Below, one piece after another: positions 42,068-51,924 of a DNA stretch of 64,000 bases. Under the pieces are notes generated by a model that saw nothing but the letters and a program-made list of their open reading frames with translations, made no database searches and was not told where the DNA came from. The position numbers and the translations under genes were made by a program. Source of the stretch: Bacilli bacterium. GTDB lineage: Bacteria > Bacillota_I > Bacilli_A > RFN20 > CAG-826. Location of the stretch: NCBI GenBank assembly GCA_024409055.1, contig JAKSUL010000005.1, forward strand, positions 6,636 to 70,635, in the 5' to 3' direction. Positions within the stretch are counted from its first letter, which is position 1. The number at the start of each line of letters is the position of its first letter.

Positions 42068-43513
42068 ATGAAAAGCAACGCAATCAAAAAATATAGAAAG
42101 CTTTTGCTTCTTGCACCGTTAACCATTCTCGTCGCTTGCGGACAGGGCGGAGGAAACACTTCCGCCATTTCCAGCCAGCAAACTGTGGAGTCGACCAGCG
42201 TCACCAATCCGGTGATCATCGAACTCAAGAGCGCTTCACAGGAACCAGTGGAACTCGTGGCCCCTTTCACCATCTACACCCCAGACGGAGAAACCCCGGT
42301 TCTCACAACCGACAAGACTGGACAAAAAACGTCCAATATCCCGACTCAATACGACAATCTATACGCCGCCATCAGAGTCGCCGGAAGCAACGCGACTTCC
42401 AAGAACGCCCTTCAAGTCCAAGACGCCAATAACGTCCAGGTTTTCAAACGCGCCAAAGTCTCTCAATGCTATGTCTTTGATGGAGATAAGTACGTCGGAA
42501 CCTCGGGACAATCCACAGCAAAAGCCTATTGCACAGCCCATCCAACCGCTTACGCCGTTAACGGCAACGCCTCCGATTACTATTACTTAGGAAGGCACGA
42601 CATGGTCGAAGGACAATCCGTTAAGGAAGACGTCCTCGAAACCAATGCCGGCGCCTACAACTACATGTTCTCCAAAGGCGGATCGGGCGGAAAAGATTAT
42701 GGTTACCGTTATGCCACCGCCGATGTTCACCTCTCCGAAACGACATACCGCGTCGGAGAAGACGAAAGCACCTGGAACGCCTACATATTCATCAATATGC
42801 ATGAGCACATCCTATCCGACCTCGGCTTAATCGGAACTTTGCGCGGAAACGAAGTCCGCTGGTATTTGGTCCGCAACTGCAGCTCCGCCATGCATACCGC
42901 CGGAACAAGCTCAATCGAGCACGACGCCAAATTCTTCGTGTATCAAGACACGACGAAATATCCGAACTGCATCGTGACGAAATCGACCAAATACGATGCC
43001 ACCACCAAAACTTATTCCGGATTTGATGATCTTCACTTCGAAGCTTTCACCCAAAACGACGGTTGGACATTAAACATCACCAACCTTCGCACTGGAGTCG
43101 TCTCCACGATCGAAGACCACCATACACAAGACGGCCACGCCCTCGAGGAAAACACTTCTCCAAATACCGGACGTGCCCTCATCGCCGCTTCTTATTGCCC
43201 GGTCATCGGAAATATCTGGAACTGGGATTCCGGCGCGGCTCTCAACAACGTTGTTTGGGATAACATCAGCCTCAAGAAAGCTATCGTCGACGATAGTGGC
43301 GTTATCAATAACGATATCGAAGCCTATCGTAACGAAACCGTTTCATACCCGCTTTATCCAGGAGAAGACGCCTATCGCGACGGATATTCCCAAGGCGGAT
43401 ACAAAGCCAGCCACGAATTTGGCACTCGCCAAGAAGGTGGCGAATATAAGAGTGGTATAAAATATACCGCCGGACAAAAATACCTTTCCTTTTCCGTTGA
43501 TTACGGAAAATAA
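42068..43513 (+). CDS. Lipoprotein of unknown function (481 aa), possibly a distant paralog of the preceding gene
   Basis: Lipobox LVACGQGG. Lies 5 nt after the upstream stop. Weak colinear similarity to the preceding gene (YKSLYEAVQAC versus YDNLYAAIRVA). Confidence 0.8.
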   Translation: MKSNAIKKYRKLLLLAPLTILVACGQGGGNTSAISSQQTVESTSVTNPVIIELKSASQEPVELVAPFTIYTPDGETPVLTTDKTGQKTSNIPTQYDNLYAAIRVAGSNATSKNALQVQDANNVQVFKRAKVSQCYVFDGDKYVGTSGQSTAKAYCTAHPTAYAVNGNASDYYYLGRHDMVEGQSVKEDVLETNAGAYNYMFSKGGSGGKDYGYRYATADVHLSETTYRVGEDESTWNAYIFINMHEHILSDLGLIGTLRGNEVRWYLVRNCSSAMHTAGTSSIEHDAKFFVYQDTTKYPNCIVTKSTKYDATTKTYSGFDDLHFEAFTQNDGWTLNITNLRTGVVSTIEDHHTQDGHALEENTSPNTGRALIAASYCPVIGNIWNWDSGAALNNVVWDNISLKKAIVDDSGVINNDIEAYRNETVSYPLYPGEDAYRDGYSQGGYKASHEFGTRQEGGEYKSGIKYTAGQKYLSFSVDYGK

Positions 43514-43533
43514 AATTTCCTAAAGGAGGAATT

Positions 43534-45234
43534 ATGAAAAACACAAAGTATCTTAGAATCTTCTCGCTTGCGACCATGATCGGAACCGCCCTCACGTCTT
43601 GCGGCGGAGGAATCGGTGATTTCGAGCCGGATTTAAATGTCGACGTCACTAAGCACGACGACATCACTTTGAGCGTTTATCTGCCCTCCTTTGGGTGCTC
43701 AAACGAAAAGGTCAGCAACGGAGTCCTTTCCCGCGCTCTCCAAGAAACCACGACTTACAAAGTCAATTTCAATCAGCTTTCCGAATCGGCCGCTGATACC
43801 GAGATCAATTCTCTCCTTTCAATGAAGGAAAAGGTCGACGTTTTAAAATGCGCCCCGACCGTCTTCAACAACTACGTCACCGATGGGTATTTCACCAACC
43901 TCACTGAGCTCGTTAAGAAGTACGGAGACACACCGGTAGACGAAAAAGGAACCAAGTTCGTCGATTTGTTCACGAAAGAACAATGGGAAGCCTGCACCTA
44001 CGATGGCAAAATCTACGCCATCCCAGAATACGGTCACACCGCAATGTGCAACAGCACCTTAGCCTGGAACCGCGATCACTTGAAAACCGTCGGCATTGAA
44101 AAAATTCCGGAAACCCTTTCCGAATTCGACGCCGCCGTTCGTGCTCTTCAAAGTCATTTCGGCGCGATCAACAATTCATACCACGCCTTCGGCTTCACCG
44201 GTAACATCGCTCAAGATAACCCGATCTCCCCGGCATTCAACGTCCCTATGCAGTGGTACGAAGATAACGAAGGCAAACTCCAAAGCATGCTTAACTCCAA
44301 GGAGATGGAAAACTATCTCCGCTATATGAACGACCTCAAGAGAAACGAAGTCATCGTCTCTGACTGGGTCGGTTTGACCGAAGTCAATGCAATTGATTCT
44401 TTCGTCAAAGAGAACTGCTCCGTCTTCGTTTCCTCCTATTGGAACATCAAGTCCCTCCGTTCCGCTCTTGTCGCTTCTTATAAATCCTTCCCATCCTCAG
44501 TCGTTTCAAAGTCTGACAAAGAAGCTTATGTCCACGGTGGCAAGGAACGCACCGCTTTGAAAGAAGACGCTTTAGTTTCCTGGAGAATCGGATTAAGAGG
44601 AGACGGAAGTCACTCTTCCGCCGACCAAAGCAAAGCTATGTTCCGCGATAACCGTACCGTCGGATATTTCATCACCGTTCCGGTCGCCACCGCGAAACGT
44701 TCCGCTTACTCAATGGATTGGATGATTCGCAAGAACACCGAAGAAGCCACCAAAATGATGGTTGCCGGCAAAGAAGGCGTCCATTTTGACTACACCACCG
44801 AGGATGATCCAGACGCGATCAAACTCCTCACCGAAACTCCGACATACGTTAAGAAGTACGATGCCTTCGACGAAGACATCTCAGGCATGTCTCAATTCCA
44901 GACCGGAGTCTATTGCGACGTCGCCAGGCAATGGTGGCCAATCGCTGAAGCCGGATTCGACGCCTGGCCGGTCCTTATCCTTGATGAGCAAGGAAAAGAA
45001 GACCTCTCCCGCGTCATCGGCAATCCTTTCGCCATGCACCCGGTCATTCAGTCCTATTCGAAGTATGACTTGAAGGCTCAGAACTACGTCATCACCAAAG
45101 TTCAAAGCGTCATCAACTCCAGGGATAACGATACCTTCGATTCCCGTTTAAGCTCTGCTCGCAGCGAATACAAGACCAAGTATTACGACAAGTTCGAAAA
45201 AGACATCAACTCTTGGTACCGCTCCAGCAAATAA
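43534..45234 (+). CDS. Extracellular solute-binding lipoprotein of a sugar ABC importer (large ~560-aa class)
   Basis: Lipobox LTSCGGG; AAGGAGG RBS. Directly upstream of two permeases. Confidence 0.85.
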   Translation: MKNTKYLRIFSLATMIGTALTSCGGGIGDFEPDLNVDVTKHDDITLSVYLPSFGCSNEKVSNGVLSRALQETTTYKVNFNQLSESAADTEINSLLSMKEKVDVLKCAPTVFNNYVTDGYFTNLTELVKKYGDTPVDEKGTKFVDLFTKEQWEACTYDGKIYAIPEYGHTAMCNSTLAWNRDHLKTVGIEKIPETLSEFDAAVRALQSHFGAINNSYHAFGFTGNIAQDNPISPAFNVPMQWYEDNEGKLQSMLNSKEMENYLRYMNDLKRNEVIVSDWVGLTEVNAIDSFVKENCSVFVSSYWNIKSLRSALVASYKSFPSSVVSKSDKEAYVHGGKERTALKEDALVSWRIGLRGDGSHSSADQSKAMFRDNRTVGYFITVPVATAKRSAYSMDWMIRKNTEEATKMMVAGKEGVHFDYTTEDDPDAIKLLTETPTYVKKYDAFDEDISGMSQFQTGVYCDVARQWWPIAEAGFDAWPVLILDEQGKEDLSRVIGNPFAMHPVIQSYSKYDLKAQNYVITKVQSVINSRDNDTFDSRLSSARSEYKTKYYDKFEKDINSWYRSSK

Positions 45235-45240
45235 CGTTTT

Positions 45241-46236
45241 ATGGAACTGCTCGCCAAAAAAGTAAAGCTGATCAGGCCAAAGCAAGAAGGCTATTGGCAC
45301 CGACTCGGCATTAAACTCAAGAAATACCTCCCGATCATGGCATTCATCGTGCCAGCGGCCTTCATGGCCGTTTTGTTCGGTTATATCCCTCTCATCTTCC
45401 TTCTTGCCGCGTTTAAAACGAACTTCAATCTTTCCATTTACACACCTTTCCAGGCTTTATTCAGCCCGAACTGGTCGTTTGTTCAATTCACCAAGATATT
45501 CGGCGAAAACGCCGACGAATTTTTCTTGGCGTTAAAGAATACTTTGGTCATCAACGGAATCAAGTTGGTTTTAATCTTCCCGATACCGATCATCATCGCC
45601 ATCATGCTTTCGGAAGTCAAAAACGCGACTTTGGCAAAGTTATTCCTCATCATCCTTTGCCTTCCTAACTTCTTGTCGTGGCCAACCGTCATCGGTATTT
45701 GGCAAAACTTCTTCCGCCAATCTGACGGTGTCATCAACTCCATATTCGGAACCAACATCGGGTGGCTAACCTCCGATAACGGGCCTAACGGAATATCTCT
45801 TTTCCGTTTCTTCGTCATATCTTTTGACGCTTGGAAAGGATGCGGATGGAATTCCATCATGTTCTACACCGCTATCGTGTCCATCGACAAATCCTATTAC
45901 GAAGCGGCTGAACTCGATGGCGCCAACAAGTTCCAGCAAACTTTGCGTTTGACCTTACCGTCCATCTTCCCAACCATCGCCCTTATGTTCATTATGAACA
46001 TCACCTACATCCTCTCCTGCGGCTTCGATGAGATCAACCTCTTGGCTAACCTCGACCCGAACTGGAAGTTATACGAAACCACTTTGGACTATTACTTGTA
46101 TAACCAAGCCTTGGCGGAGAACGCAGACTTCTCTTACGCAACGGCGCTTGGCCTATTCAACTCAACGGTCTCATTGACATTCATGTTGGTGGGCAACTCA
46201 TTCTGCAAAAAATTCTTGCACAGGGGGCTTTGGTAA
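45241..46236 (+). CDS. Carbohydrate ABC transporter permease (LplB-like)
   Basis: EAA loop EAAELDGANKFQQTLRLTLPS; polytopic. Confidence 0.9.
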   Translation: MELLAKKVKLIRPKQEGYWHRLGIKLKKYLPIMAFIVPAAFMAVLFGYIPLIFLLAAFKTNFNLSIYTPFQALFSPNWSFVQFTKIFGENADEFFLALKNTLVINGIKLVLIFPIPIIIAIMLSEVKNATLAKLFLIILCLPNFLSWPTVIGIWQNFFRQSDGVINSIFGTNIGWLTSDNGPNGISLFRFFVISFDAWKGCGWNSIMFYTAIVSIDKSYYEAAELDGANKFQQTLRLTLPSIFPTIALMFIMNITYILSCGFDEINLLANLDPNWKLYETTLDYYLYNQALAENADFSYATALGLFNSTVSLTFMLVGNSFCKKFLHRGLW

Positions 46237-46237
46237 T

Positions 46238-47122
46238 ATGATTCACAAGAAGCACCTTAAAAAACTAATTAGGAAAACAAAAGGGGACCGTTTATTCCTC
46301 GGCCTTTCTTATGGCTTCTTAATTTTCTTCAGCATCCTCGTCATTTTGCCGATCATGAACCTCATTTCCTTCTCCTTAACTCCGGAAGGAAATAACGCCT
46401 ATGTTCGCTTTATCCCTGAAGGATTTACCCTTAGCTATTTCGCCTATTTCTTCAAAGATAGCCAATTCATCACCTCTTTCGGGAATTCGGTCCTTTTGAC
46501 CGTCGGCGTCACAATCGTCTCTAACGTCTTTATGGCTTTGGCGGCTTATCCTCTTTCTAAGCCGGACCTCCCGATGAAAAAACCGATTTTGGTTTTCTTC
46601 ATCATCACCATGCTTTTCGGAGCCGGCATCCTTCCGACCAAATTCATGTTGCAGGGCCTTGGAGTTCTAGGAACCCTCTGGGGCATATTCCTTCTCTCCA
46701 TCAATAACGTCTTCAACATGCTTCTATACAAGTCCTTCTATGAGGGCTTACCGAAGGAGACTATCGAAGCGGCCGAAGTCGACGGAGTCAACAACATCCA
46801 GCTCTTCTTCCGCATCGTTCTCCCAATGTCGCTTCCGGTATTCGCGTCCTGCTGCTTCTTCACCATCGTCGGCACATGGAACGCTTATTCCAGCGTCTTG
46901 ATGTTCGTCGGTTCCACCCACCCCGAATCCTGGACTCTTTCTTACTACATCTATTACTTGGTCTCTCAATTCAACCCGACCGGAAGCTCAATCATCAAGA
47001 CAACCAACTTGGTCAACTATCAGTCGGCTTCAATTGTCATCTCCACCATCCCGATCCTTTTGATCTATCCGTTCATCGTCCGCTATATCAAATCGGGCAT
47101 TACCTTAGGAAGCGAAAAATAA
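46238..47122 (+). CDS. Carbohydrate ABC transporter permease (LplC-like)
   Basis: EAA loop EAAEVDGVNNIQLFFRIVLPM; polytopic. Lies 1 nt after the upstream stop. Confidence 0.9.
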   Translation: MIHKKHLKKLIRKTKGDRLFLGLSYGFLIFFSILVILPIMNLISFSLTPEGNNAYVRFIPEGFTLSYFAYFFKDSQFITSFGNSVLLTVGVTIVSNVFMALAAYPLSKPDLPMKKPILVFFIITMLFGAGILPTKFMLQGLGVLGTLWGIFLLSINNVFNMLLYKSFYEGLPKETIEAAEVDGVNNIQLFFRIVLPMSLPVFASCCFFTIVGTWNAYSSVLMFVGSTHPESWTLSYYIYYLVSQFNPTGSSIIKTTNLVNYQSASIVISTIPILLIYPFIVRYIKSGITLGSEK

Positions 47123-47123
47123 A

Positions 47124-48248
47124 ATGAAAATCTCCCGCGAAGAAGCACAAAAAGTATTCGATCCGAAAAGCTACGGCACGGTTGATTTCGCGTCCTTGGA
47201 ACTAGAAAGCCACGACCCTTTTAACAAAGAGGAATTTCACATCGCCAATTCTTACGTTGCCGATGAAAGCCATTCATTCTTTAGGTTAAGCGAAAAGGAA
47301 ATGGATTCGATTAGGCCCGTCTCGAAAGACGAGGCTTATTTAGCAATGCATTCCGCTGGAATAGAGTTGCAGTTCGAAACCGATTCTCGCCTTATCAAAA
47401 TCAAAGCCAGGAACCTTGAATCCTTCTCCATGAAAAACATGTCCTTCATGGGGATGTGCGGTTTCGACTGCTATTACCTTTCAGAAAAGCACGATAAATT
47501 TTTGTTCAACCATTCGACTTTCCCGAACTACATCGACGACAAAGTCTACGTTGGCGAACTCGGCTATTTCCAAACGAAGAAGATGAGGAAAATAATCCTC
47601 AACTTACCCCTTTATAACGGAGTCATGGATTTGGATATCCGTCTAGAAAAAGGATGCAAAGTAATTCCGTGGTCCTACGAAAACAAAAAGACAATCGTTT
47701 GCTATGGAACGTCCATCCTCCAAGGATGTTCTTCGTCTCACCCTGGCATTGCCACCACAAACAAATTGAGCCGTTACTTCAAGCAAGAAGTCTTGAACTA
47801 TGGATTCTCCGGAGCCGCGTTGCTCGAAAAAGAAGTTGCCGAAGTTTTAGCAAATAGAGAAAACGTCGAAATGTATATCATCGACGCCGAAGCTAACGCC
47901 GGCATGTCCACAAAGCTTTATGAGAATCTCGAGACTTTCGTTTCGATCTTATTCGAAGCTCATCCAAGCACCCCCATCGTCATCATGAACAGAATCCGCA
48001 GCACCTATGACGGAGGCTATCCAAACATCTACGAAGGACACGAATTCAACGATCGCGTCATGAAGGAAGTCGTGGACACCTTTAAAGCTAAAGGAGCCAA
48101 CATCCGCTTCGTTGATAACTGGGCGTTATTTGATGAAGACGAAACCGAAATCACTATCGAAGGTCTCCACCCAACCGATGTCGGAATGGACATAATCACC
48201 AATCGTTATATCGAAGTTATCTCAAAGATAAAGGAGGAGTGCAAATGA
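47124..48248 (+). CDS. Cytoplasmic SGNH-type esterase with a GxDLY-like N-terminal domain
   Basis: MCGFDCYY (GxDLY-like), VCYGTSILQG (block I variant) and GLHPTDVG (block V). No signal peptide. Confidence 0.7.
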   Translation: MKISREEAQKVFDPKSYGTVDFASLELESHDPFNKEEFHIANSYVADESHSFFRLSEKEMDSIRPVSKDEAYLAMHSAGIELQFETDSRLIKIKARNLESFSMKNMSFMGMCGFDCYYLSEKHDKFLFNHSTFPNYIDDKVYVGELGYFQTKKMRKIILNLPLYNGVMDLDIRLEKGCKVIPWSYENKKTIVCYGTSILQGCSSSHPGIATTNKLSRYFKQEVLNYGFSGAALLEKEVAEVLANRENVEMYIIDAEANAGMSTKLYENLETFVSILFEAHPSTPIVIMNRIRSTYDGGYPNIYEGHEFNDRVMKEVVDTFKAKGANIRFVDNWALFDEDETEITIEGLHPTDVGMDIITNRYIEVISKIKEECK

Positions 48249-49741
48249 AGATCGTTTTGCTCCCATTAGACGAAAGACCGTGTAACTCTTATTACCCCTC
48301 TATCCTTCCAACGGATAAAGAGGTCAACATCGTTGTCGCTCCTTCTTCCCTTCTTTCAAAGCAAAAGAAAATCTGTGACGTCAGCAAACTACATGGTTGG
48401 CTTTTAAAAGAATGCAAAGACGCCGACTACGCCATCATATCGATGGACATGCTTTGCTATGGCGGATTAATCCCCTCCCGCATTCATCATGAGTCTTACG
48501 AGGCCATCATAAAAAGAAGCGACATCGTAAGAGAAATCAAAAAAGAAAACCCAAAAATCAAAATATATGCCAACGAGCTCATAATGCGTTGCCCCTGCTA
48601 TTCGCTTTCCGTCGAAGAGCCGGATTACTACGACGAATGCGGCAAAGAACTATTTATGTATGGTTGGTATCTCGACCGCCAGAACTTAGGCCTTCTCACC
48701 GAAGAAGAAAAAGCCTTAATGATCGAAAACCGCGCGAAAATCAAAGACGAATACCTTAATGATCTTTTGAATCGCCGCCGCATCAATAAACAGGTCGTCA
48801 TGTATAACCTCTCTTTGTTCAAAGACGGGGTTGTCGATTTCTTCTCCATACCTCAAGACGACTGCGCGCCATACGGTCTTTCCGTTATGGATGTCCGCGA
48901 TATCAAGGCTTACATGGTTGAGGAAGGAATCGAAGGCGTCATGATGTATCCGGGCGCTGACGAAGTCGGATTAGACCTTATCTCCCGTGCCATAAACGAC
49001 TTCAAAGGAGTAAGCCCAAAAGTTTACGTCTCTTATGCGACGCCAGCTGGGCAAACCAAAATCCCAGAACTCGAGGATCGCCCAATCAATATCACCATCC
49101 CACTTCACATGAGAGTAGCTGGATGTACCTTGGTAGATACGCTGGAAGAGGCCAATATCCTTTATATCGTTAATTGTGGCGACGCTTTCTTGGCTACCGC
49201 CAACCCGAATAAATCGCTCAGCTTAAAAGACCGCGAAAACGATCGCATCATAGCCGAGATCAAAAAGGCCAATAGCCTCGGTATCAAAGTCGCTATCGCC
49301 GATAACTTCTATACGAATGAGGGTGATTTCACCTTATTGAATCTTCTTCAAAGCAATGACTGCCTAGCCCTTCTAAATTCCTATTCTGGATGGAATACCT
49401 CCTCCAATACATTAGGAACCGCCACAGCCGCGGCCGTATGCAGTTTCCACTACCACGACGAGGCAAAGGAAAAATATTTCCTCTTCTATCGTCTAGTCGA
49501 GGACTTGATCTACATGGGCAAGACTCGTAGGGAACTAATCGACTACATCGCAAAGAAAGATCAGTCCGTCACCACCATGAACGACATGGGCACTTTCGAA
49601 GACGAATACGCATCTTTGGTCCACGATTCCTTACGCTTCCACATCAAGGAATACGGTCTTGATGAAATCTATTCCTACAAAGACGTAAAAGTCTCTTTCC
49701 CGTGGCATAGAACATTTGAAATTTTCCTTGAGGTTATATGA
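48245..49741 (+). CDS. DUF4127 family protein
   Basis: MKIVLLPLDERPCN...ISMDMLCYGGLIPSR matches my recollection of the DUF4127 N-terminus. AGGAGG RBS before ATG 48245; overlaps the upstream stop. Confidence 0.7.
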   Translation: MKIVLLPLDERPCNSYYPSILPTDKEVNIVVAPSSLLSKQKKICDVSKLHGWLLKECKDADYAIISMDMLCYGGLIPSRIHHESYEAIIKRSDIVREIKKENPKIKIYANELIMRCPCYSLSVEEPDYYDECGKELFMYGWYLDRQNLGLLTEEEKALMIENRAKIKDEYLNDLLNRRRINKQVVMYNLSLFKDGVVDFFSIPQDDCAPYGLSVMDVRDIKAYMVEEGIEGVMMYPGADEVGLDLISRAINDFKGVSPKVYVSYATPAGQTKIPELEDRPINITIPLHMRVAGCTLVDTLEEANILYIVNCGDAFLATANPNKSLSLKDRENDRIIAEIKKANSLGIKVAIADNFYTNEGDFTLLNLLQSNDCLALLNSYSGWNTSSNTLGTATAAAVCSFHYHDEAKEKYFLFYRLVEDLIYMGKTRRELIDYIAKKDQSVTTMNDMGTFEDEYASLVHDSLRFHIKEYGLDEIYSYKDVKVSFPWHRTFEIFLEVI

Positions 49742-51924
49742 CGATGATAAAAGAAAACGGAAATCCAATAATTTTCGAAAATGGCGATAAGAAAATTGCC
49801 GTCGAATTTTTGGTTGGCGGTTTTGTCCGCGTCTACGAAAAGAAAGCCAAAACCGATTTGATTGAGATTTCATATCGAAAATCAAACGCGAAAATCGAAG
49901 TCAAAGAAGGAGCCATCGCCTACGGAAGCTTTGAGCTATCCTTCGACGACGAGGCTTCTTTAATAGTCAAAAAGAGCGGCAAAGATTATCTCGTTGTCAA
50001 GCACACCCACGAAGAAGGAAACAACGTTTCTTTCTCCTTCAATAGCGAATCGCATATCTATGGCCTTGGCGACAAGATGGCTCAGCTCGACAAAAAAGGT
50101 TATGCCTACCGTCAATGGAACACCGACTGCACCGCCAGGCACGATGAACTTGAGCCCGCCTTGTATAAGTCGCTTAACTTCATCCTTTTGGAAAAAGAAT
50201 CCACATATTGTGGTTTGTTCTTCCCGTCAACCTATCCCTACGACGTTGATCTAGGCCTAAAAGAAGAGAACAAAGCCACCATCACTTCGAAAGACGCCCC
50301 GATCGATTACTTCCTCTTCTTAGAAGACACACCAAAAGAAATCGTTTCCGCTTACTCTTCATTAGTTGGGCATCCATACATGGTCCGCTTAAAGATGCTT
50401 GGCAACAACCAGTCTCGCTGGGGATACGAAAGCGAAGCCCTCGTAAGAGAAGTCGTGTCGAAATACCGTGAGAACCAAATCCCTCTCGATTACCTCCATT
50501 TCGATATTTTCTATATGGATGGTTATCGCGATTTCACAAGCGACAAAACGCGTTTCCCGAATCTAAAAAACCTCACCTCTTGGATGAAAGACAAAAACGT
50601 CGAAGCCGTTTGTATCAATGACGCCGGAATCAAGCTGGATCCTGAATTCGACGTTTATAACTACTGCAAAGACAACGGTTTGATCTCGACCCAAAATGGC
50701 AAAGAACTAGTCGCGACCGTTTGGCCTGGAGATTCGATATTCCCGAAGTATTATCACCCAAAGGCCCAAACTTTCTTCGGCGATAAAGCTTATGCGTTCA
50801 TGAAGGAAAACGGATTCTCCGGCCTTTGGAACGATATGAATGAGCCCGTTTCTTTCAAAGGCGAGCTTCCAGAAGATGTTGATTTCTCCATCCCCGGAAG
50901 AAAGGTGTCTCACTTAGAAGAGCATAACGTCTATGGCGAACATATGATTCGCTGCTTCTCCAAAATCTTCGAAAGAGATAACATCCGTCCCTATTTGTTC
51001 AGTAGAGCCTGCTTTGCCACCACTCCGAAATACGCTTTCGTGTGGAATGGGGACAACTATTCCTTGTGGCATCACTTAAGATCTTCGATTCCTCAGGTTC
51101 TGACCCTCTCGCTTTGCGGCGCTATGTTCAACGGAGACGACATCGGTGGATTCGGTGGGCACGGAAACCGTGAACTTCTTATTCGTTGGGTCGAAGCCAA
51201 TATTCTCTTTCCCTTCTTCAGGAACCACTCAACGCTAAACACCAAAGCGCAAGAGCCATATGCCTACGACGAAGAGACCAAAGAAATCTACACGCATTAC
51301 CTCAATATCCGCTACGAACTCCTCCCTTATCTTTATAACTGCGTCGAGGAGATGAGTTCAAAGGGAATCCCGATGGTTCGCCCTCTCTTCTATAACTATC
51401 CGTTAGACGAGAAATCCAAATGCGTGAACGACCAATATATGGTCGGCGACGACATCATGGTAGCTCCGATCGTGGATCAAGGCGCCACCGTTAGATCAGT
51501 GTATTTCCCGAAAGGAAATTGGTACGACTACGAAACCGGCGAGAAATATAAAGGCGGGCGCTACTACGCGATCCCAATGCCTTTAGGGAAAACCGGTATA
51601 TACGTCAGGGGAAACACAATAATCCCATGCTTCAAAAAAGGCCTCCAGTACATCGAGAAAGAAGAAATCGATACATTGGTTCTCCGCCTATATGGAAATA
51701 AAGGCAAATGCCGTTTATACGAAGACGACGGAAAAACCCTTGATTACAAGAAAGGTAAATTCAATGTTTACGCCTTCTCATTCGACAAAAAAGGCGTCAC
51801 CTATAAATACATCGAGAAAGAATACGAAAGTCCTTTCCGCACCCTAAAAATCAAAAAGGGTGGCAAAGAAGCTTCTATCAACTTTAAAGAAAACAAAGCA
51901 GTCGCTTTAGAGGATTTAAAATGA
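49738..51924 (+). CDS. GH31 family alpha-glycosidase (alpha-glucosidase/alpha-xylosidase type)
   Basis: FSGLWNDMNEP and WNGDNYSLWHHL blocks. ATGA overlap with the upstream stop. Confidence 0.9.
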   Translation: MTMIKENGNPIIFENGDKKIAVEFLVGGFVRVYEKKAKTDLIEISYRKSNAKIEVKEGAIAYGSFELSFDDEASLIVKKSGKDYLVVKHTHEEGNNVSFSFNSESHIYGLGDKMAQLDKKGYAYRQWNTDCTARHDELEPALYKSLNFILLEKESTYCGLFFPSTYPYDVDLGLKEENKATITSKDAPIDYFLFLEDTPKEIVSAYSSLVGHPYMVRLKMLGNNQSRWGYESEALVREVVSKYRENQIPLDYLHFDIFYMDGYRDFTSDKTRFPNLKNLTSWMKDKNVEAVCINDAGIKLDPEFDVYNYCKDNGLISTQNGKELVATVWPGDSIFPKYYHPKAQTFFGDKAYAFMKENGFSGLWNDMNEPVSFKGELPEDVDFSIPGRKVSHLEEHNVYGEHMIRCFSKIFERDNIRPYLFSRACFATTPKYAFVWNGDNYSLWHHLRSSIPQVLTLSLCGAMFNGDDIGGFGGHGNRELLIRWVEANILFPFFRNHSTLNTKAQEPYAYDEETKEIYTHYLNIRYELLPYLYNCVEEMSSKGIPMVRPLFYNYPLDEKSKCVNDQYMVGDDIMVAPIVDQGATVRSVYFPKGNWYDYETGEKYKGGRYYAIPMPLGKTGIYVRGNTIIPCFKKGLQYIEKEEIDTLVLRLYGNKGKCRLYEDDGKTLDYKKGKFNVYAFSFDKKGVTYKYIEKEYESPFRTLKIKKGGKEASINFKENKAVALEDLK

